DNA of 63,832 nucleotides from Octopus bimaculoides (GCF_001194135.2 NC_068993.1:13067427-13131258), one strand, 5' to 3'. Shown: positions 39,136 through 52,944, numbered from the stretch's first letter. Translations and numbers: made by a program. Notes: generated by a model not told the origin, from the sequence alone.

Positions 39136-41695
39136 GTAAGGTGTTTTACGACATCTCAGTCTTAGAACTAGACCACCTCAAAAGTTCCTGGTGTTGTTTC
39201 TTTAGTTATTTATCATTTATCAATGCCTTAATACCAACAAACATCTACGACCCCTCTGGTAAGGGTTTTTAATTGTCTGTCAGGTAAAACGTAGACGGTG
39301 CTTTGATATTCTCTAATTGTCTGACTATTTCCTTTATACACCTTTGGTACCTGAAAGCTAATCCTTTTATGAATCTTAACCCTTTTTAATACTAACCCAT
39401 TTGCGACCAATCGGTTCTAATTTAATTTTCTTGTGTACATCAAGGTTTTGCGCTGAAACCTAGCTAGTGAAGTTTCACCTGATTTGAATTAGCGAGGCAA
39501 TTATACATTTCTTTGCCTCATACGCAATACCATACAGAGAATTTCAGCTTTATAAAATTCCCTGCATGTCCGTGTTTGTTTTTTTTTTTTTTTTCCGGCC
39601 TATTATCAACGTTATGAACAGAACTAATCTGAGAGTAACTGCAGAGGCCCTATAGTTGCAAATGAAGATAGAAGCAAGTAAATGTATTAACACCAGAGTG
39701 TCTTGTTTCTTTTGCTAAATCCTAAATCCATTCATGTTCAGATCCATCGTAAAAGGGTTTTTAACCCGAAATACCAGAACTAGTTAAATATTTCTGTCAT
39801 AATTTGATCATTATTATTGTTACATTTAATATTTAATACTTTATCTTCATTGCCTTTGTCTTCTATATCACACTCATTTTATGTGTGTGTGTGTGAGTGT
39901 GTGTGTGTGTGTGTGTGTTTGTTCGTTTGTTTGTGCGTGTCTGAGCGTCGTATATAGGTCCTATGACATTGTACAAGTACATTTATCCTGAGAACCTCGA
40001 GAGCACCCCGACACTAAAAGCAACTGATAACGTTTGCACGGGAAGTGGAATTGACGAGACGGCAAAAACAATTTGTCTACATATCACCCTACCCGTTTAC
40101 TACCGTCATCGTTGTCGGCAGCATTGGTGTTTTTGCTATGGTTGTTGCTGTTTTTGCTATGGTTGTTGCTGTTTTATTCTGCTGAAGTTAACGGGAAACT
40201 AGTCCAGTAGTAACAAAAAAAAAAAGAGAAAGAAAAAAAAACATAGGTAAAAATAAACAGTACGAAACAACTGCAAAAACAAAAATATAAAAAAAGGCCA
40301 CTTGTCAGTAACACCACCTTCCGTTTGCAAGAGTAAAGAATCATTAATGCTTGACAGGGAGCCATTTTGTATGTTGTTGCTGTTGTTGATATTGCATTTG
40401 TTTTTGTTTTTATTGCTGCGTTCGAGAGATGTTTACGTTGTGGTAGTTGCGTATCTCTATATGTATGCGTAGATGTATGCTTGCTTGTGAGTACATGCAT
40501 GTATGTATGTATATGTGTGCCTGTATGCATATATGTAGGCTCACGTGCGTGTGAAGCGGGCTGGCGTGTGTTGGTGTTGCTGAAATTGTTAAAACAGCCT
40601 GATGGGAAAAACAGAAGTTTTTTGACAGGGAGTTCGGGCGAGAAAAAGCTTACTAAGGTACGCCGGATTCGGCTCGTGTCAGGCTTGGATTAATTTCTTC
40701 CGTTTCGAAAGAGTGGCTTTGCATGTGATCACGAGTTAGACATAGTGCTGAATTGCCTGTTTTGGGAAGAACGATAACTCATGGGAATTAAACAGACACA
40801 AAAAAAAGAAGAGGAAGAAGAAAAATACAAAGAAATAAGACAAACAAAGAATTGGGCAAGTTATACTTTATGATTTGCCAGAAATAGAAACCATGTGTCC
40901 CTCAAATTACAAATAGCAAAAGAGACCGATAAAATAAATTCCAGACTTTAAAAATGAAGTCCTGGGATAGATGCTCTAACATGGCCGTAGTGATTGTAAC
41001 AAATGAAAGAATAGGTAGATAGATAGAGAAACAGAGAGATAGGTAGACAGACAGACAGATAGAATTTTGTTATCACTAAATGGAAGAGACGGATGTAAAC
41101 ATTTTGTTGCTACGTAAAACATCGTTGAGGCTAGAAAAAGAGTTATCAACCAGCCGGAAGTTTAAATCTTCTGATATGTTTCCAGGAATGACAGCATAGC
41201 TTCTTTATCAGCCCACAGAGACATAGCTTATAAATCAATTATTATCGAGGTCTTAAATAATACGGAATGACCGATGTACCGGTTTTAACACTATGTTAAT
41301 TATCGAATTCAATTAATAAGTTACTTTCGCATGAATAAGGGTTTGTTTTAGTGCTATACTGTACTACAGAAATTTGTACCGCTGACTCCTCCTTTCTTCT
41401 AGCTACGAATATTTACATAGCGTCAATATGTTTACATCTATCAATTATATACTGCAGGAACGGATCAGTGATTTATTGATATAACATATATGTATGGATA
41501 AATTATATTCAATTATAATACTTGCTACGTTTATATATAATTCATGTATCTATTTGTATATGGAGGTATGTGCGCATGCACATTTTATAGTAGCAATAAG
41601 CTCTACCCTACTCAGCGAAATCATTTCCAAATCTAGCTGGTAAATGTTATGTGACTCGGGAACATGCAACGGAGGACTTCTCTAATACTTTAAAC

Positions 41696-41728
41696 TATCT
41701 ATCTATTTATTTGCCTATATCTATCTAG

Positions 41729-41784
<56 letters not shown>
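41696..41784. repeat. (TATC)n microsatellite
   Basis: Directly visible. Confidence 0.95.
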
Positions 41785-42944
41785 TTGCCTGTCTGTCTCT
41801 CTATCTATCCGTCTCTCTCTCTCAATCTATCTCCCATTCTTTCTATCTCTCTGTTACACACGCATGCACGTGTGTGTGTATTTGTGAATACACTAACACT
41901 TATACACGCACGCAAACATATACACATGTATGCTGACAATTATGCTTACGTATTTGTTTATGAAAATGAGTGTTTATATACCTGTTTGTATATGTTTGAT
42001 TTTCATATATTGACATATATTCATAGCGTTTCGATCGCATTTTAATTTGTCACACATGAATTGTTTTACGATAAAATACACGCGCATGTACGTGTGTGTG
42101 TGTGTGTGTGTGTGTGTTTCTGTGCGTTTATGTATAGACCTTCACAACATCATAGGCAAACTTGGCGAATCTATGCTATTATGAGTCCAAATTGAAGGAA
42201 ATATTTTCGCTTGCAATCTGTTCAAATAGCTCAACATCAAAGCTCATTGAAAAGATAAGAATCACTGAACCAGCTGTGCGTAACGTAAACGCGTGAAATA
42301 TTCACAAGTTTAAAGCTTACAGAAAGATTTGACGAAGTGTTGCTCGGCATCGTTATCACACATATTTACTTAATACATGATGTAAATATATAAATAAGTA
42401 ATATTTACCTGTTTCATTCTATACTATGACCAGGATAACATCACGTAGATGAAGGTGAAACATCACCATAAGCGACTATTACAAGTTAGATATTTATAAG
42501 CAAATTAATTCTATTTGCGTAAATATGCATGCATCAACACAAGGATAGACATATAAGCCTATACTTATAGACAAACTATTAGAAATAGCAACACAGTGTC
42601 CTTCCATTAATACGCACCTTACAGTGTTTTAAGAAGTGAAAGGAAGACACGTTGGACAAATAGTTTTTAGATGTACTTACTATATCTGGAAATGAGAAGG
42701 ATGGCTTGAAATGGATGACCGCTGCTACAGTAACATGTAACATGGCATATACATGTAGTTGAAACAACAAAGAGAAAGTGGTCTCTTATATTGCTGCTAC
42801 ACGAAGGACTTATTCTCCTCAAATTACACTTTACTGCCTTAAAATAAGGAAAGATTAAAAAAAAAAAAACGGAGGACAGGACGGTCATGGTTGGAATGAT
42901 TTAATCAGATTTATTTGATAAGAAAATAGACAATAATAGTAACA

Positions 42945-43105
42945 TTAAGTACCGGATCGACTCCAGCACAGGTCAGGTATTTTTTTCATTGACCGTGAAA
43001 ATTTGAAAAACAAAGGTATCTCCGGCAGTATTTGAACCCTGCGCAGAGCTGGAGCGATTGTTGCAAAGCATTCTGTTTGACACCGCTGCCAATTGACCGC
43101 TCCAC
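42945..43105 (-). mobile_element. SINE family D, decayed
   Basis: gatcgactccagcac..ggtatttt..attgacc..atttgaacc..agcatt. Confidence 0.6.
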
Positions 43106-43112
43106 ACACACA

Positions 43113-43148
<36 letters not shown>

Positions 43149-43665
43149 TGCACGCACGTGTAATGGTGTTGGTGGTGTTTACTCCCAGGTAGGCTTGACT
43201 GTGCAAGCTTTATGATGAAAGACATTTCAGCAGAAAAAAAAAAGGTCTCCATTATATAACATTGTTTTACAATTTTTAACAGCGTAAGGTATGATACGAA
43301 GGAGATTTGGCTTCTATTTCTAATAGATCTAGCGACCACCTAGGGGCTTCGTCATTGGTTCGATATAAATAGGTGTTCCTTTGATGTATGTTTTGATCAA
43401 TCCTGAACATAGACAATTTATAGAAATATGATTATATACCACTACTCACTGTGTTTGAAGTACTCTAGGGTTAATACACATTATTTGGTAGTAATGGATA
43501 ATTGACTAATGAATATAGATAATTGGTTAATTGAATAAGTCGAACTGTAAAAGCATTATAATTATCATAATGACACAAAGAAAAACGACAAGTTTAAATA
43601 AGCAAGTAAATTATCATACAAATATACGCTTGCGCGAATCGGCACAGACACACCCATATATAAAC

Positions 43666-43668
<3 letters not shown>

Positions 43669-43749
<81 letters not shown>
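43669..43749. repeat. (CA)n microsatellite
   Basis: Directly visible. Confidence 0.98.
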
Positions 43750-43752
<3 letters not shown>

Positions 43753-43974
43753 CACTCATATTTACATAAACTCTACAACTTATGGATAAATAAAAATTGA
43801 GACCGTCATAGTTTGAAATTTTGCTTATGGTTTGTTCCATTAGAACTTTCCAACGAAACTAACTAGACTCTGCACCATCTCTTGAATCCTGCATTAAATA
43901 ACTTTTTGCCTCAACAGTTTTTCATATATGGTTAGATCTCTTGAGGAAGGAGTGAACTGATAGCCTTCGTAGAT

Positions 43975-44325
43975 CGTTTGATACTAGGGAGTTTGGCATA
44001 CCTCAAAAAAGGATGAAAGTTAATGTCAACCGCAGCAGAATTTGAGCTCAGAACATAAGAATCGGGAGAAATGACACGAAGCATTTTGTCCGGCGCGCTA
44101 ACGATTCTGCCAGATCTCCGCCTTGATTCTTGAATTAGGCACAAAGCCGGCAATTTTTCAGTGGGGCGTATCAACCATAAACATTCAACTCTAGTACGCG
44201 TATCCGACTGGTACTTTATTTTATCAAGGCCCGAACGGGTGAAATTAAAGTTGACCTTGATTTCATTTCAACTCAGAACGTAAAGAGCCGGAAGAAATAA
44301 AGCAAAGCATTTTGTCCGACTGTAT
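43975..44325 (-). mobile_element. Two tandem SINE family D copies (~43975-44125 and ~44135-44325)
   Basis: Both contain aaggatgaaag/aacgggtgaaa, atttga/tttcaactcagaac.taa, gcattttgtccg. Confidence 0.8.
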
Positions 44326-44632
44326 AATCCTCTATCACTTCCCCAAACCCACTGTCCTCACATATTATAAATAACTGAAATTTGATGTATAATGATCTTA
44401 TAATTCCTCATCCATCACCATATTTTCACTTACCTTCCCCTTTCTGTTTGTCAATTCCTCATCCATGTCTTCTCTCAGCACACAACACTTTTTCCTCTTG
44501 ACCTTTGTTGAACCCGTTGTGAACAATATTGCAACTTACACGAATATTATGAAGAAATTTTCTTTCTTTACATATCTAGGACAAATTATGAGTGTAGAGG
44601 CGCGAGTGGTCGAGCAAACACGCAAAGATACA

Positions 44633-44672
<40 letters not shown>

Positions 44673-44692
44673 TACACACACACACACACACA

Positions 44693-44735
<43 letters not shown>

Positions 44736-45405
44736 GAGACGCACATTCACGGACACAAACACACATCCACGCATATATGTGCACACACACACATGCTGAC
44801 GCACATAGTCGCATGAAACGAGTTACATGACAAACTTGCAGTTTCAATATACAAAAAAGCCTATACTCTACAACATATATTGAGCACTCCTTTGTCATTA
44901 GTTTGAGATAAAACACGCATGTGTACACACATTCACACGCACACACACACACACACACACGTGCACGTGTCCGTCACACAGCTAACTGGTGTACACCAAT
45001 AATATGAGATTAATAAAATAACTACTGGCTTCGTTATGAACGGCTAAAGAGCCTCGAAGATGTTGCACCAGCATGGCCGTCACCCAGCGACTGACACGAG
45101 TAAAATATTAAAGTAATAAAAGTATATACAAGTGAGGGTTACACAGAATGAATGTTAACAATCAGGCTACACAATGGAGTTATAAAGCTTCACTTCTATT
45201 CTGTAAAATCGACCACGCCTTCTTCATATTAAAACTTCCAGAACAACATAATACCAGGGTAAGAGAACAATGCTCTGCAGGCGGTTAGAGTTCGGGTATG
45301 TGGATAGATGTGTCACCTTTCCTTTACCATCATCATCATCATCAAGTAAATGGTATGTGTTTCAGTCAATGTGTGAGTACGTGTGAATGTGTGTGTGTGT
45401 GTGTG

Positions 45406-45446
<41 letters not shown>

Positions 45447-48434
45447 NNNNNNNNNNNNNNNNNNNNNNNNNNNNNNNNNNNNNNNNNNNNNNNNNNNNNN
45501 NNNNNNNNNNNNNNNNNNNNNNNNNNNNNNNNNNNNNNNNNNNNNNNNNNNNNNNNNNNNNNNNNNNNNNNNTATAGTTTATATCCAGTTAAATGAAGAA
45601 ATTTGTTATATTCCCCTACAATACCAGGTATTGAACCAGTATTTCATTGGATGGAACCATCCCTTCACGAGGTTAACATACCCTCTAATTAAATTTATAT
45701 ATATATGTGTGTGTATGTATGTGTATAAAATTCTCTTTGAGTGCCACTATCTTGTAGTGGACGTATATGTACGTTTACATATGAAACTAAATGCAAAGGA
45801 CTTTTTATACATACCCACATACACGGTTACAGAAACAGACACGCGCAGACACACCCATCCAGCAATACGTGTATGTCTGTGTGTGTGTGTGTGTGTGTGT
45901 GATATGTGGAGAGAGAACTGGTATTCATTCTATCAGCATTGCACCTTTTTCCCGCCTACAACCAGAGGGTTACTGTACAGACCTACGCTATGTGTGTATG
46001 TAAGTGTATGTGTGCGAACGTGTATAGATTGTTAAGAAGTGTGCTTGCATGCTCGGGTGCGTGCGTGGGAGTATCCGTGCACACTTGGCGGGGTACATCA
46101 CTTATTGTTCTTCGCGAGTTTTAATAGCTTCAGCTGCCGAATTCTATCCTGTCGAAACGAGATGAACTGAACCTAGCGTGAGTGAGTATGTATGTATGTA
46201 TGTATGTATTTATGTATGTGTGTATGTATGTAGTGTGTGTTTTTGTGCATTTGTGTATGTATGTACTGTAGTATATATTTCCAATGCGAATTAACAAAAG
46301 CTATCTATGCAATGTTTAGACATGCTTATAATGACCGTGAGGGGAAAAAAATTGGGAGTAGAATTAAATGAAGACAATAATAATAATAATAATAATAACA
46401 GTGACAGTAACAACAGGGGTTAAATTATTCGAAATCGTGTGAATATATGGGTGTGTGTTTGTGTTTTTCTTTCTGTATGTGTGTGTTTGTGTGTACATAC
46501 ACAGGTTTTCCAATAAAGTTCATAAGAAAAAAAAGTAAAAGTGAAGTACTCATTCGCCCTATTCAAAATACACGAGATAAAGAAGTAAATAAAAAAGCGA
46601 AATGGAAATAATTTAAATTCATTGTTAAGACTAGGGTACAGAATTGAGTAGCACTCTGGGTGGATGACAACCTATTTTAATTTTATATGCATTTGTGTAT
46701 TTGTATTATCCATTTCTTGTAGTTTTATGTATATTTCTATCATATAATTTTGTATTTTCTTTTTCTCAAGGTTTACCGTTTTTTTTTATATTCAAGTGCA
46801 TTTGAAGGACTTGTCAAATTATATTCTATAAGCTTGTATGTGTGTGCTTGTGAGTATGGTTGGGTGTGGTGTTGAGATAGTTGTTAAGGACATGCTCGCG
46901 GTGTAGCTGCTGCGGCGGGTCGGGAAGTAAAAGGGCATGTGTTTTGTTGTTGAAACGTATTTATATTCTATCTCAGCATTTTTGTATCTTTTTTGTGCTT
47001 GAGTATATATACATATGTATATATTTATCAATGTCTCATGTATGTATTACCTTCGCAGAACGGTCTGCATACTAAATGTATGTACGTGTGTGTGTGTGTG
47101 TGTGAGAGAGAGAAAGAGAGAGGGAGTCCATGTCTGCACTGTAGTGTTTATGATTTCTCGTGTAATTTAAATTTCAGTTTAATGATGTCTATAATATTAA
47201 AGATACTCGTTGGTATCTGTAGCTGGCATGAAATGCCAGATCGTTTTGGTTTGCATGTATACATATCATGACATACCATTGTGCATATTGTAAGTGTTTG
47301 TATGTATTTTTGGTGGATGAAATTCGAGATCTTGCGTGTAAGTCATTCACATTGTTCTGTGTGTGTGGGTGGCTTGTATTCATGTGTTTATACATGTCTG
47401 TATTTGTGTGTGTGTGTGTGTGTGTGTGTGTGGTTGCGAAGGTGTGTGTAAAAGTGACCCAAGGATAAACTATAAATATTTTTTTTTTTCATCTATTCGT
47501 TTTAAACTGTCATAGCGAAATACCCGTCGTTGGACAAAAGAGAGTAGAATCATACATGCTAGAGTAATAAACACATAGAAACATACTGTAATACATATAA
47601 GCCACACACACATATACGCACACATTTTGTCTGTGCGTGTATATATATATTTATATATATACTAATATATATAATATATATATATATGTATATATATATT
47701 ATGTATATATTATATATTGTACAATATGTGTATATGCATACAATATATATATATATATATATATATTTCTATATATATATATATCACAAAGATAAAGAGA
47801 TTGAGAGAGAAAAACTCAGAATAGGCATACAAACACTAGGAGACAAGAAGAATGATGGTGTTAACGATTGAAATTCACACTTTGTTATAAAATGGCAAGA
47901 GAGGGAGAGATTCAGCCATTTTGTGCTTCATAGCTTGACATTTTGAATCCATGATAGTAACAAAAATATCAAATTGAAAATTAAGTATTTTGAAACACAT
48001 ATTGAAAATAGTGTGTGAATTGTGCATTAATTTTTGCTTTGTAGTAAAACACGCTCAGGCACACATAAGTATCTGTATGTGTTTTTCGGTGTTGTTTTCC
48101 TTTGTTTATTCTTGTTTTTTTTTTTTTGACAAAAAAAGTAGCCTCGAAGTTGTTTTCTATTGATTCACATATTCAGTCAGTGCATATTTTATTAACTTAT
48201 GTTGTCACTGAAAATGTTTAAATAATACATATAGAAATGTAGACAAAATATTAACGGTTCAAACAGTACAATTTGTATTAAACTGGAAACTGTAAGCTAA
48301 AGAAACATAAGAGTAAATTAAAGCTACTCGATACTCAAATAATACGCGTCTATTGATTCCAACCTATGATGGAATTAAAGTACTTTGAGAGATCGCATTT
48401 GTCAAGAGGCTCCGTGCTCGAATTTTTGTGTCAG

Positions 48435-48535
48435 TGGAAATACAAAACCAATACGATTTAGACAGAAATAATATGGTGGTCAAGGCAGTTAACAATGCTA
48501 GACGCAGAAGCTTTATTGAAAACCCTTCTCTCTTT
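48435..48535 (+). CDS. Candidate internal exon, phase 1 to 0 (VEIQNQYDLDRNNMVVKAVNNARRRSFIENPSLF)
   Basis: Acceptor tttttgtgtcag, open frame, donor TTT|GTAAGC. Phase-compatible with the signal-peptide exon; no family recognised. Confidence 0.3.
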
Positions 48536-48719
48536 GTAAGCTTCATAGATAGTCAATGGTATATTATTATTATTGGGAAGTTAGCCTACCATGGGGAGAA
48601 CCTAGGGAGGTTATTCTTATTTAATAAGCGACGGTCCTTTCTTGAAAACATGCGGCTAAATTTTACGTTTATCAGTGGCAAAATCGTATCGTAAACCATA
48701 CCTTTTCATATTTATATTG

Positions 48720-48760
<41 letters not shown>

Positions 48761-48761
48761 T

Positions 48762-48792
<31 letters not shown>

Positions 48793-48964
48793 CACACACA
48801 CACATATTCACAATATTACATCTGTACGTGTATCTATGCATGCTTGCGTAACATTTNNNNNNNNNNNNNNNNNNNNNNNNNNNNNNNNNNNNNNNNTGTT
48901 AAGAGCCAACGGATCTTTAAGTAATGCAGAGCTGAGACTGTTTCTCTCTCTCTCTTCTATTCTT

Positions 48965-49003
<39 letters not shown>

Positions 49004-49004
49004 G

Positions 49005-49100
<96 letters not shown>

Positions 49101-50075
49101 CGAGCGCGAAGACACACACATAGCTCTGTGCGTATACGCGTCTGTGTAAGCCAATATAACGATAAATGAAGCAAAATTCCAGAGTCTGTACGAAAATCTA
49201 CTGCAAATAGGTGGTTATTACGAAGATAGCGAGGTAAGTCAGTAGCTACGTAGGTAGGCTGTTAGGAAGATAGATAGGTTGGTAAGATGTCGGGTTGGTC
49301 GGTTCCTTGATAATTAGCTTGTAGATAGAGGTAAAGGAAATAATGTAACACCAATTAGTTTATAGGGGAGTTTTTTTTTTATTTGTTAGTTTTCTTTTTG
49401 TCTTTTCTTTTTCTTGTTGCTACGATCACGGTACCAGCATCCATATTCGTTTTCGGAATAAAATGAATCTAAATCCTAGACGTCAACATAATCAACATCC
49501 TTCCAAGCAATTTCCTGCAAATGGATATAAAATTAGTAGAAACATTAATTTGCATGTAATTATGTTGGCCGACATTGGTGGATGATGAAAGGCAATTTTT
49601 AGGTATTCCTTAATTGGCAGACGATAGTCATGCGAGGTCGTTGAGCATTTGAATGACAGTCAAAACAAGATGGCTGCCATTCTGAGATGAAAGCTGTAAT
49701 GGCTTGTATTTGAAACGAGAGAGAGAGAGCGAGAAAAACAGAGAGAGAGAGAGAAAGGTTATAGTGAAAGAGTGAAGGCGAAGGAAACGTAGGTAAGGAA
49801 ATTAAAGGGAAGAAATGAAAGAAGGAAAATAAGTACTAAAAGCATATGACTATGTAGTAGTAGTAGTGGTAGTAGTAGCACTGGTAGTAGTAGTAGTAGA
49901 AAAAGGAGAAAAAGAAGTTGTAGTAATTGAAAGGGTGGGCTGTGTTGATACGGAAGATTTAGGGAAGAGAAAGAACATTCAGAGAATCATAGGGGGGAAG
50001 GAGAAAAAAGAAGTGGAAGAGGAAAAGTAGGAAAAGAGAAAGGTGAAAAGGAAGACGATGACTAATAATGATAGT

Positions 50076-50521
50076 AATAAACCTTTCTGTTGAAGGCACA
50101 AGACCTGCAATTTGAGGGGAAGGGGACAATCGATCACATCAACCCCAGTACTTGACTAGTTCTTAATTTATCGACCCCGAAAGGAAGAAAAGTAAAGTCG
50201 ACCTCGTCACAATTTGAACCCGGATCGTAAAGACAGACAAAATACTGCTCAATATTTGGCCCAGCTTGCTAACGATTCTGCCAGCTCGCCGCCATAATAA
50301 TGATAACCCTTTCTAATATAAGAATAAGGCCTGAAATTTTGGGGGAGGGGACGAGTCGATTATATGGACCCCAGTGATTCACTGGTGCTTTTATTTATCG
50401 ACCCCGAAAGAATGAAAGGCAAAATCAACCTCGAGGCAATTTGAACGCGGAACGTAAGGACGGCAGAAACGCCGCTAAGCACTATGCCAGGCGTGCTAAC
50501 GATTCTGCTAGCTCGCCTCTT
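50076..50521 (-). mobile_element. Head-to-tail dimer of SINE family D (50076-50293 and 50294-50521)
   Basis: Each unit has tttatcgaccccgaaag.a.gaaa, atttgaac and ctaacgattctgc.agctcgcc. Confidence 0.92.
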
Positions 50522-52678
50522 CACTTAATAACACTAATAATAATAATAAGAAGAAGAAGAAATGATAATACGGAACCACCACAATACTTATAATATGAAG
50601 AATACTTATTTATTCTTTCTTTTCCCTTCTCTCAGTTTTACCTATTTCCAGTCTCCTGTATGATTTTCTTACGCTTTGAATTCTTCTTCTTTTTCATCTT
50701 CTTCTTCTCGGCCTCCTTCACAAGAGATAGTTCATTGGCACAATCTTGTCATTTTTCTTACCCAACTCATTTAGTTTTCACGACAAGCAGCATCAAATAG
50801 AATTTTTTTTTTCTGTCTAGCCCATCTATCACCGGATGATGCGGAAATGTCTTGGGCGTTTCTCCGGAAACATAGTGTTCGCTCCTTGGAACATTTTTGA
50901 CATCACAATTTCACCGTCATGTCCATGTAGCTGCCTGTACGACAGTCGTCATTTTTTTTGTATCGCCAATGGCCCTTCCACTCTAATGACATAATACAAA
51001 AGAAATATGCATTATATAAGTGTATATAATATATATGCATAATATATAGTGTGTACATACACGTGTGTGTGTGTGCTTGTGCGTGTGTACGTTCTTGTTC
51101 GTATGTGCTTAAGTCACGAAACTATATAAGTTACTGGAGGTGAAATAGTATAATATATTGGAAACTGAATCATATAGTCGCCGATCTTCGGACGATTGTG
51201 AAAAATGGGTGGATAATGAAATTTGCTACGTAATAACACTCAGTAAGATTCTTGCGTATGATGACGAAAGCCAGTTGGATAACGAAATCTAATATTGGGA
51301 AACGTTAACCCTTATATCTTTCGATGGTACACGTTTATTAGTATTTGTAACATAATTGTCGCTTTACAGATAAAATTCATTGAGTAATCGTCTCAGTTTT
51401 CCTTAGCTTAAAAGTAAAGAAAAAAATTCTATGACGTAATACACATTTTAAGCATAAATTCACATTCAATTTAATAGCTTTTTCTGCTGTGTATTAATTA
51501 CAAAATTTTAAACACAAATTAAATGACAGTCATTATTGTTATAAACATTTTGAACTACTCTCTATTATTTCCTTACCAGGAAAGCTTCCAATTAACGATA
51601 ATACAGATTCTTCCACATGTAACTGTATTACTCTAAAGAGATTGTCATTCTATGATAACTTTCTTATCGAAATCTCAATTACAATGGGCTAAACGAAGAT
51701 AGATATCGAAAAATTCGTTTGGGGTTATATTTGTTTGAGCAATGCTATTTTAACTCTTACTTTTATTGACATATCTATTTTAGAAAGCGAAAATATATTT
51801 TTCCATAAGGTTTTCAAAGCACACATTGTTATTAAACGGATGGCTGGTGGAAAGATATGATAATTAAAGATGAAGAATGCGCGTATATTTAGAAACTACT
51901 TCTTTGTGGATGCATTTCTTACGTATCTGATTGTGAATCTATGCAAAATTGTATAGACACATGCATCTATATTTACGCAAATACACACTTAAGATATATA
52001 TATATATATATATATATANNNNNNNNNNNNNNNNNNNNNNNNNNNNNNNNNNNNNNNNNNNNNNNNNTATATTGTTATGTGTATATTTGGATATGTGCGC
52101 ACATGCACAAATAGATATAGGTATATACGCAAGCACACATACACACACGCATACCGATTGGGAGGAAGAGTCGAAAGAGTGAGACATTCTCATCAAAACT
52201 TGGATTCGTCCTTGAGAAAGTGGGTTAGGAAATTTTAAAAACTTCTTTGAAATTGTTTTAAAAAAGCGAAAACTAATGAAAAAAAACTACAAATAAAAAC
52301 AGGAGCAAAATACAATTAACATTTAAAAAGAAAAAAAGTGGTATTGAGGATAACATCAAATACGTGCCGCAGAAATCTGATGACATATTGCAAGGAAGAA
52401 TTTGTTCAAAACTAGTCTTGTTTAAACGCTGTAAAATTTGCGTAAAATAAGGGCTCTCGAAAAATCTCAAAGACCAACTACTCGAAATTCACTACCAAGA
52501 ATATGAACAAAGCAACAATGCAAAAAGTAAAACACGCAATTAAAAATAAAGAATTAATGAATGAATAAAAAAAACAGAATTAAACTAAAAAGAAAGAAGT
52601 TTAAAAACTGGTGAATTAGTTTTATTTTATTTCATTTTACCAAACTTTACACAAATCAAGAACTGTCCTCTTTTTCAG

Positions 52679-52748
52679 AGATGTCTTCTGTAATGAGTCT
52701 GCAACCATCTCCGGTGTTCCAAGAATAACATCCACCGAAGCGCCATGA
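52679..52748 (+). CDS. Candidate terminal coding exon (DVFCNESATISGVPRITSTEAP*)
   Basis: Strong acceptor ctgtcctctttttcag, raised GC, protein-like frame with an N-glycosylation sequon (NES), TGA at 52746-52748. Confidence 0.3.
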
Positions 52749-52944
52749 CACTCAATGCATTTTTAAAATCATTCTCTCAAAATGGCTTGATTTCCCATCT
52801 CGTTCATAATTGTAGAATTCGTAGCGTTTTCTTTCCTTCTTTACTGTCTTTTTTATTTTCTACCGTAACAATTGCTTCTTTCCTTCTTGCTTTCCCTCCG
52901 CTGTGTTCACCGTTCAATTTTTCTGTCTCCTTATATTTATATGG

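Noticed and set aside
40128-40175. 21-bp tandem duplication giving CFCYGCCCFCYGCCC in an ORF (metallothionein-like appearance)
   Set aside because: It is a simple GTT/GCT-rich slippage repeat with no splice or promoter context.
44580-44640. + strand acceptor giving GQIMSVEAR, which would neatly complete the signal peptide
   Set aside because: There is no credible donor before the frame runs into a (CA)n tract.
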